A stretch of 24,000 nt of DNA, from positions 27,378 through 51,377 of the forward strand of contig JAENZL010000006.1 in assembly GCA_016841265.1 (NCBI GenBank), written 5' to 3'. Positions within the stretch are counted from its first letter, which is position 1. Every line of letters starts with the position of its first letter. Below are positions 15,154 to 23,365 of this stretch, in pieces. The position numbers and the translations under genes were made by a program. Source of the DNA: Methanobacteriota archaeon (GTDB lineage Archaea; Halobacteriota; Methanosarcinia; Methanosarcinales; Methanosarcinaceae). Under the pieces are notes generated by a model. The model was not told the origin of the DNA. It worked only from the letters and a program-made list of their open reading frames with translations, and did no database searches.

Positions 15154-16279
15154 TTACCGGGATTTTGGCATGATCCAATATATATTTTGCCAGTTGTTCC
15201 TTAAGTTTCATATACTCGGCATCGGAGAGGTCCAGGGTATTTAAAGCCCCATCCCGGATCCAGCAGGGTTTCGTAACTTTGCAGCACCACACAAGGCTCC
15301 CGAAACAGGTATCCTGCCCGAATTCGAGCATTGTTCCCGTAGCAAATTCCAGCTTTGTCCTGGCAAACTCCTCGGCAGTGTACCCCAGTTTCCTGAACTT
15401 TTCATGTACCGGACAGGGTTTTACGGGAAGGCAACAAAAAGCAAGCCCTCTGAAGTCCCCGTTGCTGCAAATATGCTTCGGGGCGTTGTACCAGCCTATG
15501 ACCTGCTGGTAAGAGGTGGCACTTTCAACAAGGCTCCGGATAAGTTCGGGGTCTTCCAGAACTCCCCTGGCAACCGAAACCATATCCGCACCCCAGGAAA
15601 ACATGTCCTTAGCATCAGCGAAATCCGTTACCGAATTGTTGCCTATGAGAAACTTTCTTGTTGCATCCCTGTACGTCATGATTGCATCAAGGTCGGTGCC
15701 AAAGCCTTCCAGCGTGGCGTCAACGTGAATGATATCGGCGCCTGCCTTATCGATAATCCGGGCAAGCTGGACATCATCCACGATATTAGCCCGGACCTTT
15801 ACGGAAAGCACGACCCCGGTTTCCTTGATGGCACGGATCCATTCGGAAAGCCTGGGAAAGTCCTTGAGAAGGGCTTCTCCCAGACCCGCATCAAGCATCT
15901 CGGGCTGCCTGCAATGAGCGTTTAACTCGAGGATTGCACCCTCTTCTTTGACAAGTTTTGCAGCTTCGATTAGGGGGCCAAGCGTAGTGCTCCGCACGTT
16001 GACCGCAACAGCAGTTCCGGACGTAACCGCCCGAATTTCCTTTTTGATAAACTCCATTGGTTCATCGGAAATGAATTCTTTTCTACCCCGGGCTGCAAGC
16101 TCTGACGCAACTTTCATGGAACCTTCGTCAAGGTTAAAGGCCCCCAGTACAACAAGCCCGGCATCACCTGCACGTTGGTTGGCAAACGCACTGTCGGCAA
16201 TCCCTGCCATCGGAGCCAGTGCGATAGGATTTTTAAAACGGACATACCCAACATGCAGATTGAACAGATCATCACTCAT
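15143..16279 (-). CDS. TIM-barrel flavoprotein-like domain (Dus/DHOD-like) fused to methanogenesis marker domain 9
   Basis: 378 aa. The N-terminus 'FKNPIALAPMAGIADSAF' is typical of the Dus/dihydroorotate-dehydrogenase-like TIM barrel. The C-terminus has eight Cys, including 'FCCLPVKPC' and 'WCCKVTKPC'. Its stop overlaps the CitG-like start by 11 nt. Confidence 0.8.
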   Translation of the reverse strand: MSDDLFNLHVGYVRFKNPIALAPMAGIADSAFANQRAGDAGLVVLGAFNLDEGSMKVASELAARGRKEFISDEPMEFIKKEIRAVTSGTAVAVNVRSTTLGPLIEAAKLVKEEGAILELNAHCRQPEMLDAGLGEALLKDFPRLSEWIRAIKETGVVLSVKVRANIVDDVQLARIIDKAGADIIHVDATLEGFGTDLDAIMTYRDATRKFLIGNNSVTDFADAKDMFSWGADMVSVARGVLEDPELIRSLVESATSYQQVIGWYNAPKHICSNGDFRGLAFCCLPVKPCPVHEKFRKLGYTAEEFARTKLEFATGTMLEFGQDTCFGSLVWCCKVTKPCWIRDGALNTLDLSDAEYMKLKEQLAKYILDHAKIPVNES

Positions 16280-16597
16280 ATTTTACCTCTTCAAAAAATA
16301 AGCCTGGAACTGAATTACAAAAATGATAACTATAGTCTCATATTAAAGTAACGATAACGTTTTTCTGATAATATGGACAGAGGGTTTAAAGTAATAACCC
16401 AAATTATCGATTACAATACATATATATTAATATTTGCTCAGGGGTCAAACACGCAAATGATATAAGAAGGACACGGAAACAGATCACCGATCAGACCGAA
16501 GACTTTACAAAAAAATAGCAGACACTCTACTGACTGCCAAAAAATAGATATACTAACAAAAAGTATATAGAAGTTCCGTATTAAATAAAGTGTGAGA

Positions 16598-16948
16598 GAG
16601 GTCGGACGGCTGCCGGACCCCATGGTCTGAGGAAAGTCTCCCCTCCGCTCCGGACACACGAACACCTGTAAAGGGTGTCGGGCGAGAGCCCGGGCTCTGG
16701 CACAGAAACGGAACCGTCCCCTGTTAATGCAATGATGCGAAAAGCTGAGGTCGCAGGGGCTGCGGATGAAACGGTGAATCCTCGTGGGTGCAAGTTGGAA
16801 ATCGGGATTATATGAGCAGTCCGGAATCACCCGATTTGTTTTGAAACGCTTAGCCGAATGCCGTCACTGCAAGAGTCCAAAAGGACCGTTCCCCTCATTG
16901 CCTGGTGCCGGGAATCATTGCAGGAACAGAAGGGAGCTTACGGACCTC
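16598..16948 (+). ncRNA. rnpB: RNase P RNA (archaeal type A)
   Basis: The P4 5' strand is tgaGGAAAGTCTCCC at ~16630. It pairs with the 3' strand ACAGAAGGGAGCTTAC (16927-16942), leaving the conserved bulged U. 'gtaaagggtgtcgggcgagagcccgg' and 'ggcacagaaacgg' resemble the conserved specificity-domain (P10-P12 region) sequences. The P1 helix is gaggtc (16598-16603) with gacctc (16943-16948). An AT-rich TATA-like sequence lies ~30 nt upstream and oligo-T lies downstream. Confidence 0.9.
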
Positions 16949-16973
16949 ACTCGCACTAAAATTAATAAACTGC

Positions 16974-16985
16974 TTTTTTATTTTT
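16974..16985 (+). terminator. Oligo-T terminator for the RNase P RNA gene
   Basis: ttttttattttt lies ~26 nt after the predicted mature 3' end. Confidence 0.6.
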
Positions 16986-17160
16986 AGGTTTAGTTTAGGT
17001 TTAGTTTTATTATGCTCAATTGCTTCTCCTGTTATAACTCCGGGGTATTTGACGAGGACTGCATTTAAAACGAACTTCAAGTTCAGTAAAGAACCAGATA
17101 CTAACGAAGCATTTGATTCTTTTCAACACCTCAGTGTAGCGCCTCAGTGTAGGATCTGAG

Positions 17161-17250
17161 CTTGGAATTCAGGAGTGACCATCACTTAAAATTGAAATTC
17201 AGGAGTGAAAATTACTTAAACTTGAAATTCAGGAGTGACCAGCGAAGGAA
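17161..17250. repeat. ~30-bp tandem repeat (3 units) duplicating the last ~10 codons plus stop of the reductase gene
   Basis: The units are cttggaattcaggagtgaccatcacttaaaa (17161-17191), ttgaaattcaggagtgaaaattacttaaa (17192-17220) and cttgaaattcaggagtgaccagcgaaggaa (17221-17250, coding). The stop codon is the complement of 17212-17214. Confidence 0.85.
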
Positions 17251-18336
17251 ATCCTTATAATCCATACTTAGACCCACAACCTCAAGGTACTTATCGACCA
17301 TTTTCTCGCTGGAGGTGAAAATTCTGAACGTCTTTTCAGGGAAGCGGTGCATAACTTTTGAGAACATCAGGGAATATTTCAGGTGTGTCCCAAACTCGGC
17401 CTGGCATAGGGACTCGTATTTTTTGAGGTCCTTTGCCTTTCCCCCTTCCAGGCAGATCCCGGAAATTACTTCTGCTGCAAGTTGTCCGGAACGGATGGCA
17501 TAAGCGAGCCCCTCTCCGGAAAAAGCATCCACGAACCCAGCAGCATCCCCACAAAGGAGAATTCTCGAACCGACTACTTTCCTTTTAATCCCACCCCGGG
17601 GAATCTTATGTCCGTGAAGTTTGTACTCACCCTCAAAGCCATTTTCCTTCAGGAATTCTAGCATGGCTTCTTTTGGATGAGGAAGGTCTCGAGCAATTCC
17701 CCCCACCCCTACTGAATAATAAGTTTTATGAGGAAAGACCCAGCCGTATCCTCCGCCTGCAACCCCGAAATGCATTTCAATAGCCTTCCCCAACCTTTCT
17801 TCGATTTCCTTTACCTCTGCCGGCACCTCAGCGACCACACAGACCCCATACTCGTCCTTCGTGTCCAGAGGCCGTAAACAGGTTTTGAGGAGACCGTGAG
17901 CCCCCTCGGAAATAATCACGAATTTTGCCCGGTAGGTATTCTCCTTTGTTTCTACCTCCACAAATTCGGGAGTCTCCCTGCAGCTGAGGACCTTTTCCCG
18001 GGTATGGACTTTTATACCGGTTTCTTTTGCTTTTTCGAGCAGGAGATTGTCAAAAACGTCCCTGGAAACAAGAGTCAAGAGCCTGTAATCCTTGTGGGCT
18101 TCAATCATCTGCTCTTTGAAAATGACCTTTGCGCCCGTGACCTCCCATTCAATGACCTCTTCAGGGAGCTCGAAATCAAGATAAGAAATCGCATGGTCAG
18201 AAAGAGCCCCTCCGCAGGGCTTGTACCTCGGAAAATCCTCTTTTTCAAGCAGCAATGCATCAAGCCCAAGTATTCCTGCACGTCTTCCGGCCGAGGCGCC
18301 GGAGGGGCCGCCACCTACGATAATCACATCATACAT
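17212..18336 (-). CDS. FAD-dependent geranylgeranyl reductase family oxidoreductase
   Basis: 374 aa. The dinucleotide-binding motif is 'YDVIIVGGGPSGASAG'. The conserved 'FPRYKPCGGALS' (catalytic Cys region) and 'LCGDAAGFVDAFSGEGLAYAIRSG' are both present. RBS gaaggtg lies upstream. Confidence 0.85.
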   Translation of the reverse strand: MYDVIIVGGGPSGASAGRRAGILGLDALLLEKEDFPRYKPCGGALSDHAISYLDFELPEEVIEWEVTGAKVIFKEQMIEAHKDYRLLTLVSRDVFDNLLLEKAKETGIKVHTREKVLSCRETPEFVEVETKENTYRAKFVIISEGAHGLLKTCLRPLDTKDEYGVCVVAEVPAEVKEIEERLGKAIEMHFGVAGGGYGWVFPHKTYYSVGVGGIARDLPHPKEAMLEFLKENGFEGEYKLHGHKIPRGGIKRKVVGSRILLCGDAAGFVDAFSGEGLAYAIRSGQLAAEVISGICLEGGKAKDLKKYESLCQAEFGTHLKYSLMFSKVMHRFPEKTFRIFTSSEKMVDKYLEVVGLSMDYKDFLRWSLLNFKFK

Positions 18337-18463
18337 AAAGAAACACCTTCAAAAAATATCCTTAAATGAATTCAGAGTCACATATTAATTTCAAGAAGAA
18401 TGTATTTAAAGTATCGATTTGCAGACGGAAAAAAGTTGCTTTTTACCGAGAAGGAAAAGAGAT

Positions 18464-19084
18464 TCAGTATTTGAAAGTCTCAAAAGCATCCAGGACTTTC
18501 TGGTAATCCACCTCGGTTCCAAAGCAGCCGTCTCTTTCCATCGGGACCCCATAGGTCATGACTTTTTTACCCTTGAGAGCGCGCATAACCTTATTGAGCT
18601 CGTAATCACAGGCTATAAGGAGTACCCCGTCAGCTTTTTCCATCTGCAGAATTCGTTTGACAAAAGAAGACCCTGTCAGGATAAAAAGCTTATATCCGTT
18701 TGTTTCCGAATCTTTTTTCAGCCGGGTAAACACGCATTTCCCACAGGACTTGCACTGAATCCCTTCCCTCGTGGAATGGGCGGGGCAGTCAAGAGCCCGC
18801 ATGCAGTGGGGAGCAAGAATAATCCGTTTACTGGTTTTTGCAAAAGCTGATTTGTGAGCCATGTTTTTCAGAGAAGCCATCCATTTGTCCAGTACCCTGG
18901 AATCCGAAAACTTAACAAAAAGATGCCTGAGTGGAAGATAGAAAAAGTCAAGCACATTGGCAAAAAAGCCTGCCAGCCATACATGCCTGTTCAGGCTGAT
19001 CCGGCTTACCATAAGAGCGGTCGACGAGATAAAAACCGAAAAAATGATGGTAAAGAACAGGACTTTTCCTATAAGATTATACAT
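18464..19084 (-). CDS. DUF116-like Cys-rich membrane protein (paralog B)
   Basis: The ORF is open to 19270, but ATG at 19084 (MYNLIGK...) overlaps the upstream paralog's stop by 8 nt and gives a 206-aa product colinear with paralog A. It has two N-terminal TM segments followed by 'APHCMRALDCPAHSTREGIQCKSCGKC...GSSFVKRI...IACDYEL...DGCFGTE'. Confidence 0.7.
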   Translation of the reverse strand: MYNLIGKVLFFTIIFSVFISSTALMVSRISLNRHVWLAGFFANVLDFFYLPLRHLFVKFSDSRVLDKWMASLKNMAHKSAFAKTSKRIILAPHCMRALDCPAHSTREGIQCKSCGKCVFTRLKKDSETNGYKLFILTGSSFVKRILQMEKADGVLLIACDYELNKVMRALKGKKVMTYGVPMERDGCFGTEVDYQKVLDAFETFKY

Positions 19085-19712
19085 CGCACATCTCCATTTT
19101 TCTGATAATTTCTTCAACGTTAGCTTCGGTATTGAAGCAACCGTCCCGAAGGAGAAGAACCCCCTGCAAAGGAACAAAAGACACTTCCTGCATATCTTCT
19201 GCAAGCTCATTGTAGCATGCAACGCCCATGCAAGCCTTAGGCCTGTATTCCTTGAAGATCTTTTTGACAAAACTGCCCCCTGGGATTACGAATACCTTAA
19301 AATTATACCTGTCGCCGGCTTCGCAAATCTTTGAGATGTCGCAGAGCCCACAGCGCTTGCATTCGTACCCGTGCACGGGGTCACACCTTGCCTTACAATT
19401 CGGGTGGCGCATACACTGAGGGAGCAGGACAATGCGCCCTTCTTTTGTGTGTATGAAATCATCCAGCATCATTGCATTCCGGACATCGATAAGGATATCA
19501 TCAACAAGGGTTTCCCGGATTCGAAAGACCCTGCATATCCACCTGGAGGGAGAATAGAAAAGGTAGAGCGTGAAGAGTGTAAAACTCGGAAAAAGAATCC
19601 TGCGTTTATTAAAAGAGTAAGCACCTATAAGAAGCGCAAACAATGTCCCGCATAAAGCCAGAAGTGTAAGGAATACGAAGACTTTACCCAGGAATTCGTA
19701 AGGGATTAGCAT
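19077..19712 (-). CDS. DUF116-like Cys-rich membrane protein (paralog A)
   Basis: 211 aa. It has two N-terminal TM segments followed by 'LPQCMRHPNCKARCDPVHGYECKRCGLC...GGSFVKKI...VACYNEL...DGCFNTE'. The DUF116 family assignment is from memory of the Cys pattern and is not verified. Confidence 0.7.
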   Translation of the reverse strand: MLIPYEFLGKVFVFLTLLALCGTLFALLIGAYSFNKRRILFPSFTLFTLYLFYSPSRWICRVFRIRETLVDDILIDVRNAMMLDDFIHTKEGRIVLLPQCMRHPNCKARCDPVHGYECKRCGLCDISKICEAGDRYNFKVFVIPGGSFVKKIFKEYRPKACMGVACYNELAEDMQEVSFVPLQGVLLLRDGCFNTEANVEEIIRKMEMCDV

Positions 19713-19736
19713 ATATTAATCATGAGATTTTGGCAG

Positions 19737-19744
19737 TATTTATA
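19737..19744 (-). promoter_or_regulatory. TATA box (tataaata on the minus strand) ~28 nt upstream of the DUF116-A ATG; suggests a leaderless or very short-leader mRNA
   Basis: The minus strand reads ggtataaatactgccaaaatctcatgattaatatATG. No Shine-Dalgarno-like sequence lies between the TATA box and the ATG. Confidence 0.4.
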
Positions 19745-19769
19745 CCTACCCATAAAATTAAAGACAGGC

Positions 19770-19832
19770 AGGGAAAAATCAAACATGAAAATAAGGAAAG
19801 GAAAAAGGAAAATTAAACCATTAAAGGTTTAA
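19770..19832 (-). terminator. Hairpin spanning the hdrD stop codon, followed by a pyrimidine/T-rich tract
   Basis: ttaaacc (19813-19819) pairs with ggtttaa (19826-19832) with a 6-nt loop. On the minus strand it is followed by aattttcctttttcctttcc. Confidence 0.45.
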
Positions 19833-21085
19833 TCTCCTATAACTTCGAGCCCGAGAGCTTCTGCGACAAGGACAATAATATCCTCGACTTCCAGCTTATC
19901 TGCTCCTGCAGTGTTCTTTTTATTGAGGGAATCTGTTCCGTCCTGAAGGTTCCTCTTACAGAATGGACAGGCACTGGAGAGGATATCTGCATGAGTTGCA
20001 AGCGCATCTTCCACACGGGTTTCGGCAACTCCCAGAGCAAGGTCCGGGATACCTGCTTTCACACCACCGCCAGCTCCACAGCAACGCTGGAATTCCTTAA
20101 CCCTGTCCATCTCAACGAACTTGACACCTGGAATGTTTCCAAGCACATATCTTGGGGCGTCGTATACGCCTACGTGGCGGCCCAGGTGGCAGGGGTCGTG
20201 GTAGGTGATGGCCTTATCAAGGGATTTTACCCATTTAATCTGGCCTTTCTTGATAAGGTCTGCAAGGAACTCGGTAATATGGATCACTTCGAAGGGCAGT
20301 TCTTCTCCGAGCTGCCTGGGCCAGTCTACCTTTGAGGCACGGAAGCAGCCTGCACAGGCATAAAGAACCTTTGTTGCACCCGTAGCTTTGATGGCATCCA
20401 CGTTGTGCTCGGCAACCCTGCGTGCAATGTCTTCAATATGAGGCTGCCCGGTCCTGATCATGGCTGAGCCGCAGCACCATTCCTCTTCCCCGAGCATGGT
20501 GAACTCAATGCCCAGCTTGTTAAGCACCCTGGCGGTCGCAACAGCCAGTTTGGTCTGCCTGAGTTCGGCAGTACAGCCTCCGAAGTAAAGGATGTTTGCC
20601 TTTTCTGCGATCTTGACATCGTCAGGAATCCATTTGAGACGGTCTTCAGGAGCTGCCAGGTAGGGGTTGTTGTACTGGTTGACCAGCTTCGGGAACATGC
20701 TCTGTTTCCCGTAAGGACCGATGCCTTTCTTCACGAGGTTTGCACGGATAGATTCCCAGATTTCCACGGTGTTGATCCCGGACTCACAGACAGTTGCACA
20801 GATACCGCAGGTGGTACAACCGTGGACGTCGTCCTTGAACTCTTCGAGTTCGGCGCCGGAGATCTCCGTAGGGCCAAAGAGCTTTGCCTTGACCCCGTAG
20901 GACTTGTTCATAAACTCCCTCCAGCGCAGGATCTTGTCCCTGGGGGCAAGGCCTGGTTTCTGGCCGGAAGCGGCGTAAGTGGGACACCATTTGACACATT
21001 CTCCGCAACGGGTACAGGAGTCAAGCTCCATGAGCTGAACTGCGGTAAGGTTTTTAGTGTCTATTGAAGGTTGTTTTTTTGCCAT
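19829..21085 (-). CDS. hdrD: Heterodisulfide reductase subunit D (membrane-bound HdrED type)
   Basis: The ORF is open to 21118. ATG at 21085 (MAKKQPS...) is preceded by ggaggagaa and lies 1 nt after the hdrE stop. Two ferredoxin motifs are present: '[12 protein letters not shown]' and '[12 protein letters not shown]'. Two CCG domains are present: '...WCCGSA...CAGC' and 'DPCHLGR...RCCGAGGG...CPFC'. Confidence 0.9.
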   Translation of the reverse strand: MAKKQPSIDTKNLTAVQLMELDSCTRCGECVKWCPTYAASGQKPGLAPRDKILRWREFMNKSYGVKAKLFGPTEISGAELEEFKDDVHGCTTCGICATVCESGINTVEIWESIRANLVKKGIGPYGKQSMFPKLVNQYNNPYLAAPEDRLKWIPDDVKIAEKANILYFGGCTAELRQTKLAVATARVLNKLGIEFTMLGEEEWCCGSAMIRTGQPHIEDIARRVAEHNVDAIKATGATKVLYACAGCFRASKVDWPRQLGEELPFEVIHITEFLADLIKKGQIKWVKSLDKAITYHDPCHLGRHVGVYDAPRYVLGNIPGVKFVEMDRVKEFQRCCGAGGGVKAGIPDLALGVAETRVEDALATHADILSSACPFCKRNLQDGTDSLNKKNTAGADKLEVEDIIVLVAEALGLEVIGD

Positions 21086-21086
21086 T

Positions 21087-21881
21087 TTATTCTCCTCCCT
21101 TATTTGCGAGAATCGCAAGTGGAGTGGCTATTATATGGATGTATTTTGAATAGGGGATAAAAGCGATACAGAAGAGCAGGGATATCACGGAGTGGAAGAG
21201 TGCTGCAGGGGGTGCATAGGCCATTGCGGTATCCCCAGACATGCCAATATTCCAGACGATGTCTCCGGTCCTGATCCCGTCAGCGACGAAACCGGAAACG
21301 GTGACAATGAAGACCACTCCTATAAGGATCCAGTCATACATGATGGAAGCTTCTCTGACTTCCTTGATAAAGAGTCTCCTGGCAATGGCGATGAGCACAC
21401 CAACGAGCAGAATGTACCCGAAGATGTCGTTCGGGATCTGAAGGACTTCCCTGAACTGAGCCGCGGTGAAAGGCAGCTCAATAAACCTTTCTGTCATTTC
21501 CACTGCAAACATCATGCCCGACATGGCGAAAAGGGTCATCCAACCGGCGAAAATCGTAAAGTGCATGAACCAGCGGACAGGGCTCCTCTTGAGAATTCTC
21601 CTCTGGAAGAGGATGTCGAGGACGAGAATCTCGAGAATGGGTTTCCCATGTCCGTGATGGGATTCTTCCGTTACCTGTTTCCACCAGGTCTTTAAGAACC
21701 GGATTGCGCTTCCCTTGCTCCCGACTTCGGGTTCAAGAGCATAGCCTGTGACACCGGCACCCCATTTCTGCAAGTTAATGATCATGCCGTATACAAAAAT
21801 CACCATGGCGATAAAACTGACTATCATCATCTGGACAAACGTGATCCTGAGAGCATCCGAAAGTCCAGAAAAATATGCCAT
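21087..21881 (-). CDS. hdrE: Heterodisulfide reductase subunit E (b-type cytochrome, NarI-like membrane anchor)
   Basis: 264 aa with about five TM helices and conserved His residues (HHGHG, '[11 protein letters not shown]'). It lies immediately upstream of hdrD and is tightly coupled to it, as in the Methanosarcina hdrED operon. Confidence 0.85.
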   Translation of the reverse strand: MAYFSGLSDALRITFVQMMIVSFIAMVIFVYGMIINLQKWGAGVTGYALEPEVGSKGSAIRFLKTWWKQVTEESHHGHGKPILEILVLDILFQRRILKRSPVRWFMHFTIFAGWMTLFAMSGMMFAVEMTERFIELPFTAAQFREVLQIPNDIFGYILLVGVLIAIARRLFIKEVREASIMYDWILIGVVFIVTVSGFVADGIRTGDIVWNIGMSGDTAMAYAPPAALFHSVISLLFCIAFIPYSKYIHIIATPLAILANKGGE

Positions 21882-22037
21882 CTCACTAATAATTTATTCC
21901 TCCTATGTATGGGTCAAAAACTGAGAACTGATACTGATTTGTAGAATTATAATCGCTGTTACAGGACATAAATAATATTAAAGATCGAGAGACTGCCGTA
22001 ACGACTGTCTGCATAAGGTTCGTTTAGTCTTTGTATC

Positions 22038-22050
22038 TATTATATTTAAA
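22038..22050 (-). promoter_or_regulatory. Candidate hdrED promoter TATA box (tttaaatataata on the minus strand), implying a ~130-nt 5' UTR
   Basis: The minus strand reads aaagataacgTTTAAATATAATAgatac, with a purine-rich BRE-like stretch upstream. It is ~160 nt upstream of the hdrE ATG. Confidence 0.3.
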
Positions 22051-22395
22051 CGTTATCTTTAAATTTTCATAGATCGAAAAGCCTTCGGGAGCCTAAAAAG
22101 TAAGGTTCCCGTTAACAAAAGAGAAGAAAAGTGGAAGGAAAAAAGCAAAAATAAATTAGGACAAATATAATATAGTAGTTATGAAAATGTGAGAAATATA
22201 AGCAAGAAGTGATGAAATTTGCTTAAATATAATAGATTGGAAATGATGAAAAATATTCAGAGAAAAGAGAAAAGAGAGAACTGCATAAAGAAAAATAAAG
22301 AAGAATACAAAGAGCCGGAAAAATAAAAGAAGAAGTAAATAGCAGGACAGAGCAAAATATAGGGAGGAGGGAGTATTATTAAAACTCACCCTGGA

Positions 22396-23055
22396 TTAAA
22401 GCCCTATTTCTTCTTTAAATTTCTCAAGCCCCATTTCGTCGATAACCTTTCCGAGCCTTTTGGCTTTTCCATAACCTTTGTAGAAATTAATGATTATTTC
22501 CACAAGTTTCAGAACCTCTTCTTCAGATAGGTCCTTTGCCACTACATCGCCGATCCGGGGGCTCGGACCTGCACTACCTCCCACCATAAGAGTGTAGCCC
22601 TTTGCAGTACCCATTAGCCCCAGGTCTTTGATGGCAGGTTCGGAACAGGAATTCGGACAGCCGGAAACTGCCATTTTAAACTTTGAAGGCAGCTCCATAC
22701 CGTGGTACTTTTCATCGAGTTTCAGGCCAAGCCCCACAGCATCCTGCTTACCTCGCTTGCAGAATGTTGTTCCGGGACAGAGCTTGATGCTCCGCACACA
22801 AAGCCCAATGGCAGCCCCGGGCTTCATGTCCAGTTTTCCCCAGGCAGCGTCCAGATCTTCCTCCTTTAACCCGACGATGGCAATCCTCTGGGCGGAAGTA
22901 ATTTTCAGGACTGCAGCCCCGTATTCCTCTGCAATATCCGCAAGCTTTCGAAGAGTCTCCGGGTACACGATTCCCCCCGGAATATGAGGGGCAATTGCAT
23001 AGGTTTCCCCATCTCTTTGCACAATGGCACCTTTCTCAGGAATATCCCCTTTCAT
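22396..23055 (-). CDS. Small (about 24 kDa) siroheme/[4Fe-4S] sulfite-reductase-like protein (low-molecular-weight assimilatory type, P590-like)
   Basis: 219 aa. The NiR/SiR ferredoxin-like half-domain shows 'ITSAQRIAIVGL'. The siroheme-[4Fe-4S] Cys motif CX5C...CX3C appears as 'CPGTTFCKRG' plus 'VSGCPNSCSEP'. RBS aggaga lies upstream. Confidence 0.8.
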   Translation of the reverse strand: MKGDIPEKGAIVQRDGETYAIAPHIPGGIVYPETLRKLADIAEEYGAAVLKITSAQRIAIVGLKEEDLDAAWGKLDMKPGAAIGLCVRSIKLCPGTTFCKRGKQDAVGLGLKLDEKYHGMELPSKFKMAVSGCPNSCSEPAIKDLGLMGTAKGYTLMVGGSAGPSPRIGDVVAKDLSEEEVLKLVEIIINFYKGYGKAKRLGKVIDEMGLEKFKEEIGL

Positions 23056-23365
23056 GCTTTACACATCTCCTAAAATCCGTTTCTATTAAGATATCGACTG
23101 AACCAATTGATACCCGGTCAAGCAATAATCGACAAATCAGAAATCCGACATCGGAAATCGATAGTCAGGCCTGAGACCTTCATTTCCCGGGAAAATACCC
23201 GAATCCAGCAGCAACCCCCTACCTCTCCGGCAACGTACCCCCGGTGTACCGGTACCAATTCAGTCAATTTACCGGACAATAACCCGATATACTCAGATAT
23301 GATCCAGATAATATAAATTGTCTGTATACAACGCATGCGCCCCAAAAATGAGTGCATAAAAGCCC

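Noticed and set aside
16438-16987. ORFs 16438-16830 (-), 16581-16793 (-) and 16784-16987 (+)
   Set aside because: They overlap the RNase P RNA gene. That gene is identified by its P4 helix with the bulged U, its conserved ACAGAA motifs and its P1 closing helix. The ORFs are by-products of a GC-rich structured RNA.
18854-19334. N-terminal 62-aa extension of the downstream DUF116-like ORF (start at 19270) and plus-strand ORFs 18854-19105 and 18957-19334
   Set aside because: The extension would overlap the upstream paralog by ~190 nt and has no counterpart in paralog A. The internal ATG at 19084 gives a colinear protein with a classic stop/start overlap. The plus-strand ORFs are antisense artefacts.
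22156-22389. 77-aa minus-strand ORF (Phe/Leu/Ser-rich, 'membrane-like') between hdrE and the sulfite-reductase gene
   Set aside because: It lies in a ~290-bp stretch that is strongly purine-rich (A/G) on the plus strand. The 'protein' is simply the translation of a T/C-rich tract. That tract is better explained as the terminator zone of the sulfite-reductase gene plus the hdrED promoter and leader. No RBS is present.
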